Shown one piece after another: positions 8,665 to 18,688 of a DNA stretch of 64,000 nt. The position numbers and the translations under genes are program-made. Positions within the stretch are counted from its first letter, which is position 1, and every line of letters starts with the position of its first letter. This DNA comes from a virus. The stretch covers positions 21,711-85,710 of IMG/VR virus record IMGVR_UViG_3300032236_001159; one strand, 5' to 3'. Below the pieces are notes generated by a model. The model searched no databases. It was given only the letters and a program-made list of their open reading frames with translations, and was not told where the DNA came from.

Positions 8665-9167
8665 TGATTCATCTTAATATGCACATTATCTTTAATTGTA
8701 TTGTAGTCAGAATTAAATCCGGTTTCATCTGATGTGAACACTTCTTCAAATCCACTACGTTCAATTAATTTATCTTTAATTTCCATTTGCCTCTTTTCTC
8801 TTTGAATTCTGCGAAGAAAGGCATAATAAACAATTTGAGTAAAATAAGCAAATGGATTGGTTCTTTCTACATCAAAATTATGAATATATTGAACTGCATT
8901 TTCTACTCCATCACTTATCATATCTTCACGAAACATATAATTTACAAAATTTGGTCTATATGATAAGTGAGTAGCAATTTTTAAAAAACAATCTCCAATA
9001 TAATTTGGTATTTTTGGTTTTCCTTCCCAAGGTCCATTATTTGGAGGATACTTATCATATTTTTCAAAATATTTTTCCTTTGCGATATCAATTTTCATTT
9101 TATATGCAATTAAAGCATCGTGAAAATCTTTATTATTTACATAATGTGGATTTTTTCTTTCTTTCAT
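8661..9167 (-). CDS. gp55: Late-transcription sigma factor
   Basis: HYVNNKDF...IATHLSYRPNFVNY...NPFAYFTQI.YYAFLRRI. Confidence 0.96.
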   Translation of the reverse strand: MKERKNPHYVNNKDFHDALIAYKMKIDIAKEKYFEKYDKYPPNNGPWEGKPKIPNYIGDCFLKIATHLSYRPNFVNYMFREDMISDGVENAVQYIHNFDVERTNPFAYFTQIVYYAFLRRIQREKRQMEIKDKLIERSGFEEVFTSDETGFNSDYNTIKDNVHIKMNQ

Positions 9168-9193
9168 TATTTTATGAATTTTAATTTATCTCC

Positions 9194-9222
9194 ATTATAT
9201 CACAATAATTGTTTATCCGCAA
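9194..9222 (-). promoter_or_regulatory. sigma70-like promoter of gp55
   Basis: TTGCGG-17bp-TATAAT with extended TG. Confidence 0.65.
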
Positions 9223-9226
9223 AGAC

Positions 9227-9255
9227 TTGACATTGGTTTGGATAACAGTTAGAAT
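9227..9255 (+). promoter_or_regulatory. Divergent (antisense) sigma70-like promoter
   Basis: TTGACA-17bp-TAGAAT on the + strand, with no plausible + gene downstream. Confidence 0.6.
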
Positions 9256-9288
9256 CACTCTGTTAGGGTTGATAGATAAGTTATATCT

Positions 9289-9684
9289 TTAAGTATTAGA
9301 AGATTTATAGATTTTTTCGAGGGATATTCTGGCTTCAGAAATTGAAGAAATATATCCCATATTCGGGCTTATTTTTGACTTATTGGTTTTTTTATTTAAA
9401 TCTTTGAGATATTTTTCATACATTTTAATAATAGATGATTCATTGATTTCTGTCATAGTAATAATTTTATCAATATCAACAATAAACATTGTATCATCTG
9501 TAAGTTTTATCCAAGGAACTATTTTAAGTGCTGTCATCCCAAGTTGTTTCATAGTAATGGTTTCCATTATAACTGGATTGTCCAAAATTAAAATAATTCT
9601 GTCTTCTTCTTCACAGGGACAAACTTTGGAGAAAACTTCTTCTCCGGATATCATTTTTATGGTTGCGTAAAATTCTTCGTACAT
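9289..9684 (-). CDS. Conserved T4-like protein downstream of uvsW (possible Sm-like fold)
   Basis: FYATIKMISGEEV...L.NPV...PW pattern; syntenic position. Confidence 0.7.
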   Translation of the reverse strand: MYEEFYATIKMISGEEVFSKVCPCEEEDRIILILDNPVIMETITMKQLGMTALKIVPWIKLTDDTMFIVDIDKIITMTEINESSIIKMYEKYLKDLNKKTNKSKISPNMGYISSISEARISLEKIYKSSNT

Positions 9685-11148
9685 TTATTTTTTAAAATCT
9701 ATTTGTATAATTTCATAATTAAATTTTTCTTCATTATAAATTTGAATTCTTTCTACAAGATGATTCAATGTATAATTTTTCTTTGATTTATAAGTAGTAT
9801 CATCTGCTATATCGTATAATATTGCTTTTGTTTTACTTTCACTTGTTCTTAGAACTCTACCAATTGATTGTAGATTTCTAACTCTGGATTTTGAAGGAGA
9901 AGCAAAGATAACATTGTGTAGGTTTTTAATGTTAATTCCAGTAGAGAATGTACCATAAGATGCAACAATGATTGCATTATCTTCTTTTTCAGTAATTGCT
10001 CTTACTTGCTCTCTTTCCTCAGCATCCACTCCACCATGAACAAAAAATATTTTTCTTTCATCTGATGCTGAACTATTTATGAGTTCATAGAGAGGTTGTC
10101 CGTGAGTTTCCACACGATTAAAAAGAACTAAACTATTTCCTTTTAAATCTAAAGTCAGATTTTTGATAAATTTATTTCTTTTTTCGTGAGTAATTAAATA
10201 TTGAATTTCATCCTCATATTCATCAAATCTTTGTGGATTATGCTTCAATAAAAGAACTTTAATATCTAATTTTGATAGATGTCCCTTTTCTATGAGTTCT
10301 TTTGTTTGTGTGACTTTGTAAGAAGGACCAAACAATCCTTCAAGAACCCATTTATGCGTCTGAGACCCATCCAGAGTGCCCGTGAACCCGTATCTGTATT
10401 TGGTGCCATCCATCTTTGTCATAATGCCCGTAATGGACTTGCTACGGGCAAGATGGCACTCATCTATGATGACAGTATCAAAAGTATTAAAGAACTTTCT
10501 ATCCATCTTATACAGACTTTGCCAAGTTGAAATAGTTACATTTTTATCTGTTTGCTTTTCTTTTCCCGAATAAATCTGATGACAATGTTCATCTACATTC
10601 CATCCATAATCTTCAAAATCTTTATAGATTTGACTTACAAGAGAAGTAGTTGGAACAATAATCAAAGTGTTCAAATCTTTGTCAGTATAATAACGAACCA
10701 AAGAATAAATCATCAAACTTTTTCCACTTCCAGTTGGAGAGATTAAAAGTTTACGATTATATTTTAAAGCATCATAAACTCCATCAATTTGGTACTCTCT
10801 TGGTGAATATTTACAAATTGAATTAATGTAATCTTTTACACCCTCTCTGGATATATTTTCATTTTCTTCAAATGGATCACCGTAAAATTTATTATGTTTG
10901 AACTCTACTTTGTAATCTGATTTTTTTGCCCAAGATACAACTTTATCAAGCAATCCCGCATAAATTTCCCCAGTGTGATTGCTGTATAAATGAATTTTTC
11001 CATCCCAGTATTTGTTTCTATACTGTGGCATAAACTTTGCACCAGGAACTTCAAAAGTAAAATAATCAAATAACTCTTGATGTATATGTGGTTCTGCTTC
11101 TATTTTGATATAAATTTCATTCTTTTTTTGTATAATTAAATCAACCAT
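9685..11148 (-). CDS. uvsW: SF2 DNA helicase UvsW
   Basis: YWDGKI, SPTGSGKS, DECH, GFTGT, QSIGRVLR. Confidence 0.96.
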   Translation of the reverse strand: MVDLIIQKKNEIYIKIEAEPHIHQELFDYFTFEVPGAKFMPQYRNKYWDGKIHLYSNHTGEIYAGLLDKVVSWAKKSDYKVEFKHNKFYGDPFEENENISREGVKDYINSICKYSPREYQIDGVYDALKYNRKLLISPTGSGKSLMIYSLVRYYTDKDLNTLIIVPTTSLVSQIYKDFEDYGWNVDEHCHQIYSGKEKQTDKNVTISTWQSLYKMDRKFFNTFDTVIIDECHLARSKSITGIMTKMDGTKYRYGFTGTLDGSQTHKWVLEGLFGPSYKVTQTKELIEKGHLSKLDIKVLLLKHNPQRFDEYEDEIQYLITHEKRNKFIKNLTLDLKGNSLVLFNRVETHGQPLYELINSSASDERKIFFVHGGVDAEEREQVRAITEKEDNAIIVASYGTFSTGINIKNLHNVIFASPSKSRVRNLQSIGRVLRTSESKTKAILYDIADDTTYKSKKNYTLNHLVERIQIYNEEKFNYEIIQIDFKK

Positions 11149-11569
11149 AACCTGCGGTAAACCTCATATATTCAATACTATTTTTTATTTGATAAGTTCT
11201 ATTCATTATTGCTTTCAGAATACTATCCAAATAATTCAACATTGTTTGGTAATATTCTATTTTTGATATGGATTTTAAAATGTCCTCATCGGCATCCATA
11301 TACTTATCTATATCCTGTCGTAATACCTTATAATCAAATGGATTTTTTACATAAACTTCAGGATTTGATTTTCCAGAAAAATACATCCATTTTTCTTTTT
11401 TTAATATTTTAAATTTGTTTTCTTCTAATTTTTTAAGAAGAAGAATATTATTATAAATTTTATAATATTTTGCGTGAAGTGAAGGTATTTTGATTGATTC
11501 TTCGTGTAAATTATCTGGATCTATTTTTGCGTCTTCTTCCCATAACGATTGAATTTCATCAAGATTCAT
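11141..11569 (-). CDS. uvsY: Recombination mediator UvsY
   Basis: WEEDAKID...IPSLHAKY...RTYQIKNSIEYMRF. Confidence 0.93.
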   Translation of the reverse strand: MNLDEIQSLWEEDAKIDPDNLHEESIKIPSLHAKYYKIYNNILLLKKLEENKFKILKKEKWMYFSGKSNPEVYVKNPFDYKVLRQDIDKYMDADEDILKSISKIEYYQTMLNYLDSILKAIMNRTYQIKNSIEYMRFTAGYG

Positions 11570-11572
11570 AAA

Positions 11573-12121
11573 TCATAAAACAACTATATCATATATAGAA
11601 TACTTAAATTGGACCCTTGCTGTCACGTAATTAATATCAGATTCCTTTGAATCAAATTGAACTGTGGATAAACTTATTGGAAATAAGTCTTTAAAATGAA
11701 CTTGCGATATAATATTAAAATTGCTGTTGTATATGAACAAAGTAGCATCTGAATATTCATTATATGAATTTTTTCCCGCATTATCCGGCAAATATTCATT
11801 ATTATTTTTTAAATCTATAAATTCTTGAATGCTATATGGATAACCAAGTCCCCTTAACCACTTATGAACTTCAAGATAATTTTCTAAGTTTTCATCTATA
11901 AAAAATTCTAAAGAAAAGTCATCATAAGTTATTTTATCACCTGGAACTGGAATATCTTTGAGATATGTTGGTTGCATTGCAACACCAAGATTAATTCCTG
12001 GAATTTCTGCTGAATTTGAAAAGAAATCTACTTTTGGTAATTTTGTAACAGAAAATTTGAATCCAACTGGAGACAAAAAGTTTCTATTTGATAATTGCTT
12101 AGACCAAGGAGTTTGAGACAT
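11573..12121 (-). CDS. gp3: Tail tube terminator / completion protein
   Basis: NRNFLSPVGFKF...IPGI.LG...FFIDENLENY; position after gp23. Confidence 0.9.
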   Translation of the reverse strand: MSQTPWSKQLSNRNFLSPVGFKFSVTKLPKVDFFSNSAEIPGINLGVAMQPTYLKDIPVPGDKITYDDFSLEFFIDENLENYLEVHKWLRGLGYPYSIQEFIDLKNNNEYLPDNAGKNSYNEYSDATLFIYNSNFNIISQVHFKDLFPISLSTVQFDSKESDINYVTARVQFKYSIYDIVVL

Positions 12122-12143
12122 TTTTATTTCTATTTATTTTCAT

Positions 12144-12169
12144 AAAAAAAGGACCCCATATTGGGGTCC
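12144..12169 (-). terminator. Rho-independent terminator after gp23
   Basis: GGACCCCA-ATA-TGGGGTCC stem followed by T7 on the minus strand. Confidence 0.9.
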
Positions 12170-12193
12170 CTTGTAAAAGAAACGTGAGAAGAC

Positions 12194-13591
12194 TCACATT
12201 AAATTGTCAACACGTACACGACGGTAGTAACGGTTAGCATTAGCAAGAAGACGACCAGATCCTTGGTTGGTGCCTTCAGCAAATGGGTTAGCAACGATTC
12301 CGTAACGAGTCTTGAATCCAATTTTTGGTTGGAAGCTGTTCTCACCAACGGCACGAACCATTTGGAGAGGAACATAAGGACAATAGAATAGACCAGCGTC
12401 ATAAGGGGAAGAACCCTTATAACCTACAACGTAATACTGGTTAGCAGATACGTTTGCAGAATATGGATCAATATATACACGATACTTACCCTGAAGAATA
12501 CCAGCGAAGGTATTGCCAGTATCATCAACGTTAAGGTTAGCGTTAAGAGCAGGGGTGTAATCAAGAACACCTGCCATGGTGAGTGCAGAAGCAACGTCAG
12601 CAGAGCAGAGAATCATATTACCCTTTCCTCTACGAGTTCTTTGTGCGATTGCGTTAGCATCACGCTCGATTTGGAAAAGAAGACCTTTGAACTTCTCAAC
12701 AGACCAACGACCGTTAGAATCAACATCAAGGTCAAAGATACCAGCGGTTGCAGTATTAACAGCAGCGCCTTGCTCAGCAATCTTGTAGATTGTACGAATA
12801 ACTTCTCTGTTGATTTCTGCAAGGATTTCAGTTGAGAGAATGTTAGCAAGTTCTGCTTCTGCGTTTAGACCGTGGATAGCCTTGAGGTCTTGTGCGAGTT
12901 CTAGTGAATACTCAGCTTTCAGAGCGCGTGACTTTGCAGTAACAGTGACTTTCTCGATTGAGAATGCCATCTGGTTAAACGCAGCAGCACCACTACCATC
13001 AAGGTTTTCTGCGTCTCCAGTATTCATACCTTGACCAGTAGCATAGGTGTTGGTTGCCGCAACTCCTACTGGGTTAAGAAGACCTGGATTTGTACCTGCT
13101 GGGTTTGAAGTAGTACCAAAACCAGCAACACCATCAGTAAAGGAACCTGTAAGATTCTGACCTGCATTTTCACCAGAGAATGAAGTATCTACTTCGTTGA
13201 AGAAGGCTTCAGTTCCAGTTTGGTTGGTGTAACGTGAACGCATCGCAAAGATAAGTCCAGTAGGACCATTCATTGGCTGTACGCCAGCAAGGTCATAAGC
13301 GACCAAGTTGGGCATAGAACGACGAATCAAGCTGATTAGAACAGGGTCGAAACCTGCAACAGGACCAGTAGCAACAGCTCCAGTACCAGTATTTGAGAAA
13401 CCACCAGTACCAGCTGAGTTGGTTGGGGATTCATAAAGGAACTCACGCTCCTCTCTTTGGAATTTTTCTTGGTTTTCGAGCAGGACTGCGGTTACCATTC
13501 TACGATGTGAGTCCTTGATTTTATCAAGACCCTCATAATTAAGGAGTGGTGCCCACTTCTCCTGCAATTGTTCTGCATTGAACATTTGCAT
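12194..13591 (-). CDS. gp23: Major capsid protein
   Basis: KWAPLL, LLENQ, GVQPMNGPTGLIFAMRSRY, KSRALKAEYSLELAQDLKAIHG, FQPKIGFKTRYG. Confidence 0.99.
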   Translation of the reverse strand: MQMFNAEQLQEKWAPLLNYEGLDKIKDSHRRMVTAVLLENQEKFQREEREFLYESPTNSAGTGGFSNTGTGAVATGPVAGFDPVLISLIRRSMPNLVAYDLAGVQPMNGPTGLIFAMRSRYTNQTGTEAFFNEVDTSFSGENAGQNLTGSFTDGVAGFGTTSNPAGTNPGLLNPVGVAATNTYATGQGMNTGDAENLDGSGAAAFNQMAFSIEKVTVTAKSRALKAEYSLELAQDLKAIHGLNAEAELANILSTEILAEINREVIRTIYKIAEQGAAVNTATAGIFDLDVDSNGRWSVEKFKGLLFQIERDANAIAQRTRRGKGNMILCSADVASALTMAGVLDYTPALNANLNVDDTGNTFAGILQGKYRVYIDPYSANVSANQYYVVGYKGSSPYDAGLFYCPYVPLQMVRAVGENSFQPKIGFKTRYGIVANPFAEGTNQGSGRLLANANRYYRRVRVDNLM

Positions 13592-13639
13592 TTGTTTTAC
13601 CTCTTTTGGAAATTGTTAGTTTGATTTATAATCTAAAAA

Positions 13640-14863
13640 TCACTTTTTAGAAACTCTGGAAAGTGTCTGAAGATAAGATTCCATCGCACCAGAAACTGGT
13701 TGACTGTAATTTGCTTCTTCAGAAATTACTTCCGAATACCCTTTTTGAGTGCCAGCATTTCTTGGGAAATATGCTTCCCTCAATGTTACTAGCTTCTCAC
13801 GATAGTCTGCCTCACTTTCAAACTCAACACTTTCAGATAGGGAAGCGAGTTTATCTTTCTGAGAGGTCGCAAGACCTTCGGAAACGTCACTTAAAATTAC
13901 ATCGGCAACCGATTCTGCTAGTCTTTGGTTTAGAGCAATATTTCTTTCGATTTGCTCATTGAGTTTGGTCTCCATTTCATCAAGTTTATCTACCATACTC
14001 TCGATTACATCATATTTATCTTCAGGGATTGATACATAATGATCTTCAAAAAGACCCTTCATTCCTTGAAGGAATGATTCGGTCATTTCAGTCTTAAGTC
14101 CTTGCTCTACGACAAGAGCATTTTCCTGTAACCACTCATCGGCTACATACTCAAGATAAGAATCAACTCTTTCGGTCAATTCTGATTTAATTTCTTCAAC
14201 TTGCTCGACAAGTTGAGTTTCATAACGAGCTTCTAGAGATTCATAAATTTCAGAAATCTTTGAATTAATTGCTGCTTCAAAGATTAACTTTGCTTTATCT
14301 CTAAATTCTTCAGATAGTTCTTCACCGGCAAGAAGAGCATCGACATCCTCTTCAATACTAATGGATTCTTCCATTTTCTTCTTGCCATCTTCTTCCTCTT
14401 CGTCGTCATCTTCTTCATCATCATCGTCATCATCTTCTTTTGAAGATTTTGATTTTTTGGAAGATTTTTTCTTATTCATTTTTCCGTCTTCTTCTTCATC
14501 ATCTTCTTCTTCATCATCTTCTTCTTTGGCAGCTTCTAAGAGTTCTTCATCTTCATCATCATATTCAGAATCTTCTTTTACAGCACCAGTTTTCATTGCA
14601 TCTGCTGCTTTTGCTCCCTTATTTACGACATCCTTAACTTGCTTAAGGGTTGCGCCAGGAGTCTTAAGTTTAGCAGAATCGTCGTCTGGTCTATAATTTG
14701 AAGGATCTGGTCCTCCAAGATCTTCCCAACTACCAGTTTGACCATCAGGAATTCCTGTGCTCAACTTTTGCATTGGTTCTGCCGCCTTTGCATTAGCATT
14801 TACAGCAGTACGAGATTGTGTAGTGCCTATTTCCATTTCTTGTAAGTTTTTACCACGGGACAT
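13640..14863 (-). CDS. gp22: Prohead core scaffold protein
   Basis: LSEEFRDKAKLIFEAA, YLEYVADEW; long acidic tract; position between gp21 and gp23. Confidence 0.94.
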   Translation of the reverse strand: MSRGKNLQEMEIGTTQSRTAVNANAKAAEPMQKLSTGIPDGQTGSWEDLGGPDPSNYRPDDDSAKLKTPGATLKQVKDVVNKGAKAADAMKTGAVKEDSEYDDEDEELLEAAKEEDDEEEDDEEEDGKMNKKKSSKKSKSSKEDDDDDDEEDDDEEEEDGKKKMEESISIEEDVDALLAGEELSEEFRDKAKLIFEAAINSKISEIYESLEARYETQLVEQVEEIKSELTERVDSYLEYVADEWLQENALVVEQGLKTEMTESFLQGMKGLFEDHYVSIPEDKYDVIESMVDKLDEMETKLNEQIERNIALNQRLAESVADVILSDVSEGLATSQKDKLASLSESVEFESEADYREKLVTLREAYFPRNAGTQKGYSEVISEEANYSQPVSGAMESYLQTLSRVSKK

Positions 14864-14899
14864 TTGAACTCTCCGATTTACCTTTGTTAAATCTATATT

Positions 14900-14907
14900 T
14901 ATTTATA
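14900..14907 (-). promoter_or_regulatory. Late promoter TATAAATA (gp22/gp23)
   Basis: Exact T4 late consensus ~37 nt upstream of gp22. Confidence 0.85.
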
Positions 14908-14909
14908 AT

Positions 14910-15560
14910 TTAAAGATTTGAAAGAAAATTATTAAATAATTTTACTTTGTGCTCATTAAGTATTTTTTTATCAACTAATGTATTTATTGTTTTATATGTT
15001 TTTTCTACAAATTGTTCTCTTAAAATTCCACCATCCCACACCCATTCTTTGCCTTCCATAATTCCCTGAACAAAAGCATCAGGAGCAGATGGATCTGCAA
15101 CAATATCAGCAGCGGTTGCTAACATGAAATCTTCACCAACAACTTTATGTCCTTCATTCGTTTGAATTAATGAACCAACACCACGAGAAGAAACACCAAG
15201 AGTTACACCTTCACCAATAAGTGATTGTGCAATTTTGCCCATAGGAGTAGAAAGTAATTGAGATCTTCCCTTAAAATTGTTTCCTTCACGAACGAGTGAA
15301 GTAATTTTATGAGAAACACGATCCAAATTAATTGTTGGTCCATCTGGATGACCAAGTTCACCAAGAGCACGACCTTTTTGGATAAAAGATTCATTATATC
15401 TTTTTACTTCACGATCAAGAATATCAACTGGATATTCTCTCCCATTACGATTTTTCATATTTCCTTGAAGGTATATACCTTCAATAAACATTTTTTTGGA
15501 AGATCCTGTTCCCTCAACAATAAATTCTACTTTTTGGACTTCTTCTGTGATTAGTTTCAT
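14910..15560 (-). CDS. gp21: Prohead protease
   Basis: MKLITE, NRNGREYP, ALGELGHP, GVSSRGVGS, DIVADPSAPDAFV. Confidence 0.97.
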   Translation of the reverse strand: MKLITEEVQKVEFIVEGTGSSKKMFIEGIYLQGNMKNRNGREYPVDILDREVKRYNESFIQKGRALGELGHPDGPTINLDRVSHKITSLVREGNNFKGRSQLLSTPMGKIAQSLIGEGVTLGVSSRGVGSLIQTNEGHKVVGEDFMLATAADIVADPSAPDAFVQGIMEGKEWVWDGGILREQFVEKTYKTINTLVDKKILNEHKVKLFNNFLSNL

Positions 15561-15561
15561 T

Positions 15562-16083
15562 TTAGGTTACTGATGCGGTTTGAATTTCTGCAATACTTAC
15601 AGTTGTTGCTGCTGGGGCAAATACAGAAACTTTCACACTTCTAGAAACGGAAGCATTTGTTAATGCAACCCCAACAACTGAAGTACTATTATAATTCAAA
15701 GTAATATTTGATGTATTTGATGCAATCACTTGGCTATGGACTGTATTAATCCCTGCGGGATATGCATTTTGAATTGTTACATAATCACCAACAATAAATG
15801 GATTACCATTATTTTCCCCAAAATCAAGAATTGTTGTTGTTCCTGTAGTAATTCCAGAAATTCTTTGTTTAGCAACTCTTTGCTTTAAAACTTCTGAACT
15901 ATTTGGAACAATCATAAAATCATTTGCGGTTGCCACTGGATTTTCAGAAATCTGAATGTAGGCAGCAGTTGATCCACAAGAAATACGAATATATCCAGAT
16001 TGAAGAGCAATAGGATTAGATGTCGCAGTAGTTCCAGCGGCAGCATTTACTGCACTAACTGTTTGTACAATTCTAAAACTCAT
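15562..16083 (-). CDS. Probable virion structural protein
   Basis: 173-aa T/S/A-rich ORF between gp20 and gp21. Confidence 0.7.
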   Translation of the reverse strand: MSFRIVQTVSAVNAAAGTTATSNPIALQSGYIRISCGSTAAYIQISENPVATANDFMIVPNSSEVLKQRVAKQRISGITTGTTTILDFGENNGNPFIVGDYVTIQNAYPAGINTVHSQVIASNTSNITLNYNSTSVVGVALTNASVSRSVKVSVFAPAATTVSIAEIQTASVT

Positions 16084-16295
16084 TAGTCTTCCTCATCTTC
16101 GTATTCATCTTCATCCTCATCAGACTCGTCATCTTCATATGTTTCTGAATCTTCTTCACCAAAAAGACTAGCAGCAGCATACGGTCTTACTGCATCTATT
16201 CTTTCTGCACTTTTGGCAAAAAGAATATCTTTAATCCGATCAGAAACTTGTGATTGTGAATCACCAGAAGCAATCATATCTATTAAATCGTCCAT
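16083..16295 (-). CDS. Small acidic prohead-core-like protein (gp67 position)
   Basis: IKDILFAKSAERID..RP and an acidic tail; directly after portal. Confidence 0.65.
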   Translation of the reverse strand: MDDLIDMIASGDSQSQVSDRIKDILFAKSAERIDAVRPYAAASLFGEEDSETYEDDESDEDEDEYEDEED

Positions 16296-16324
16296 ACTGT
16301 TATAATATATTAATAACTAAAAAC

Positions 16325-16332
16325 TATTTATA
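16325..16332 (-). promoter_or_regulatory. Late promoter TATAAATA
   Basis: Exact consensus overlapping the gp20 stop codon. Confidence 0.8.
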
Positions 16333-18007
16333 TTTCTCCGCCTTTGGGCATCTTGATTTCCGTGGATTTTCCTTGCTTTTCTAAGTCTGGTTCCATCATT
16401 GGCTGCCCCAAATCCATTCCACCGGTATTATCTTGGAAAGGCATACCAGTGGATGGATCAATAGTTGCTGGATCTGGTATAATACCATCTTTAATTTCTT
16501 TTTTGATCTGCTCATCAATTTCTTTCATAATAGTGTCTGACTGTCTGAGAACTTTTTGTCTTACATATTGTGCTGAAAAATAAGTTCCGACATATGGTTG
16601 CATCGCAGCAACCACACCCAATTGATCATTTAGAAGCTCATTATTTTTTAAATCCGAAAAATGATTATCATAAACAAAATCATATTGAATATGTTCAGAT
16701 AGTGATTCCCAATCTTCTGGGGTAATAATATTTTTTAAAATCAGTTGTGTTTTTAAGAAATCATTAAACATCTGAGAAAATCTCTTTCTCAGTCTTCCTA
16801 CAAACTTTGTAAATTTGAGTTCGTCTCTTAAAATTTCAGAAGATCTTCCAAGATTGAATCCACCACCACCAACGTCAATTCTACTTGATGGGACATTTAG
16901 AGATTTATAAAGTTTCTTTTGAAAGTATTCAATATCAGCAAGTTCTCCAAGATTTTGCCCACCTGGAAGTGTAGTGATTTCTGTTCCACGACCACCTTCT
17001 CTACGTGGTAACCAAAAATCTTCAAGCATCGCCATATACTTACGGTCATCACGAATTTCTCCGGTATCGGCATTATAGACAAGTTTATTTCTATAACGAT
17101 TCATCACATCACGAAGATATTGCTCAGCTTTGATTTTTGGTAGATTGCCCACATCAATGTAGAAAATTCTACGTTCTGGGGCACGAGATAATCTATAAAT
17201 TACAAGACTATCCTCAATCATTCTTAATTGATTAAGTGCTTTAATTGCTTTATGAAGATAAGAAAGAACCGTTTGTTTATTGCGGTCTACAAGTCCAGAT
17301 GTGATAAATGTAATCGCATCCTTTGCAATTTTTACACTTTTTGATTCATTTCTAAATGAAATTGATCCGCCGCTACCCATAGCGGCATTTGGATCATATA
17401 GATAATACTCTTCTATTTTTGGTGCTTGATAGATATCAATGGGATCTTTACTTGCACTTAGAGGAGTGGGAAAGTTTGCATTTGGTCCAGATTGCTCTGC
17501 TCTACGAATGAATCTAATTTTAAGTGGATCGATATATCTTATTTCTTTGATTCCTTCTTCTGGTTTTTTTAGATCGATAACTTTATGATAAAAAATTCTC
17601 CCATCAATATACCAATTTCTAAAAATTTCGTGTGATTTCCTATCAAAATCTAAAATATCTTTAATTGTTTTAAATTCATCTCTAATGATTTGTTTTAGTT
17701 TATCTGAAGCTGGAAGATTTGAAAGTTCAATCTCTACTGGAGAATCATTCAAATCTGATACAATTGCTTCATTTACCACATCTTCAATGGCACTATCACA
17801 TTCTGGATGAAGTGCCATCTCACGATATCTTCTTACTAAATCTTGCTCACTTTTATAAACACCTTCAATGTCTACATATTGACCATAAAATCCACTTTGA
17901 AGATAAAAATCTGACTTATCTTCTTCATTGGGTGGTACTGGAGAGATAATACTTTTTGATTTATCTACTCCAGTATCTTGTATTTTAAATCCAAATAGTT
18001 TAGCCAT
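16328..18007 (-). CDS. gp20: Portal protein
   Basis: YLHKAIKALNQLRMIEDSLVIYRLSRAPERRIFYIDVGNLPK, EDFWLPRREGGRGTEI. Confidence 0.99.
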   Translation of the reverse strand: MAKLFGFKIQDTGVDKSKSIISPVPPNEEDKSDFYLQSGFYGQYVDIEGVYKSEQDLVRRYREMALHPECDSAIEDVVNEAIVSDLNDSPVEIELSNLPASDKLKQIIRDEFKTIKDILDFDRKSHEIFRNWYIDGRIFYHKVIDLKKPEEGIKEIRYIDPLKIRFIRRAEQSGPNANFPTPLSASKDPIDIYQAPKIEEYYLYDPNAAMGSGGSISFRNESKSVKIAKDAITFITSGLVDRNKQTVLSYLHKAIKALNQLRMIEDSLVIYRLSRAPERRIFYIDVGNLPKIKAEQYLRDVMNRYRNKLVYNADTGEIRDDRKYMAMLEDFWLPRREGGRGTEITTLPGGQNLGELADIEYFQKKLYKSLNVPSSRIDVGGGGFNLGRSSEILRDELKFTKFVGRLRKRFSQMFNDFLKTQLILKNIITPEDWESLSEHIQYDFVYDNHFSDLKNNELLNDQLGVVAAMQPYVGTYFSAQYVRQKVLRQSDTIMKEIDEQIKKEIKDGIIPDPATIDPSTGMPFQDNTGGMDLGQPMMEPDLEKQGKSTEIKMPKGGEI

Positions 18008-18032
18008 CAATAATTAAATCAGTTTTTATTAT

Positions 18033-18668
18033 TTATGCTCCAGTTCCAAGCTGAGTTGCGCCAACAGGATCAAGAGCATCCCACCATTGAACTTGGAGAT
18101 CAACAGTAAATTCTTCAATTGTATCTGAAGAATCATATGAAAGTGCAATATCACTTACTGAAGTTGGGAAAACTCCATAAAATTTATATTGCTTCAATAC
18201 TGGAATTTGAGTTGCACTTGTTGGAGTTGATCCATTAGTTAAAGCTCTTCCAAATTGCTTTACAAAAACCTCTTTCTGATAATCCACTGGATTATTTTTT
18301 CCAGCATTATCTTCGTGTTTGTTGATAAGGTTCATCCATCTTTCGAAGGCAGTTCTGATTGTAAAATCAGAATCATTAATTACAGTAATAGTCCAAGGAT
18401 CAAATGTTCTATCTCCAGCAATTTTGAGATTTCTTCCTCTAAATGGAACATCAATAACTCCAAGAGTGGAAGCAGGAAGACTTGCGGCTTTGACAAGAAA
18501 TCTAGTCTTATCTGAAAGTGCGTCTTCGGTGGTTCCTACTGGAATTGAATCGGAAGGAAAAAACAATTCACATTCAAATAAATTAGGTCTCGCTCCACCC
18601 CCAATCATTCTTCCCTTGAATTGATCAAGGGTTCTATCTTTTGTATTTGGAATGTTTAAATTAGCCAT
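18033..18668 (-). CDS. gp19: Tail tube protein
   Basis: GGARPNLF, VPFRGRNLKIAGDRTFDPWTITVIND, IEEFTV. Confidence 0.96.
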   Translation of the reverse strand: MANLNIPNTKDRTLDQFKGRMIGGGARPNLFECELFFPSDSIPVGTTEDALSDKTRFLVKAASLPASTLGVIDVPFRGRNLKIAGDRTFDPWTITVINDSDFTIRTAFERWMNLINKHEDNAGKNNPVDYQKEVFVKQFGRALTNGSTPTSATQIPVLKQYKFYGVFPTSVSDIALSYDSSDTIEEFTVDLQVQWWDALDPVGATQLGTGA

Positions 18669-18688
18669 TGTGGGTTTCCTCTATTGAA

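Noticed and set aside
14361-14696. Plus-strand poly-Ser ORF
   Set aside because: Antisense shadow of the acidic GAA/GAT tract of gp22.
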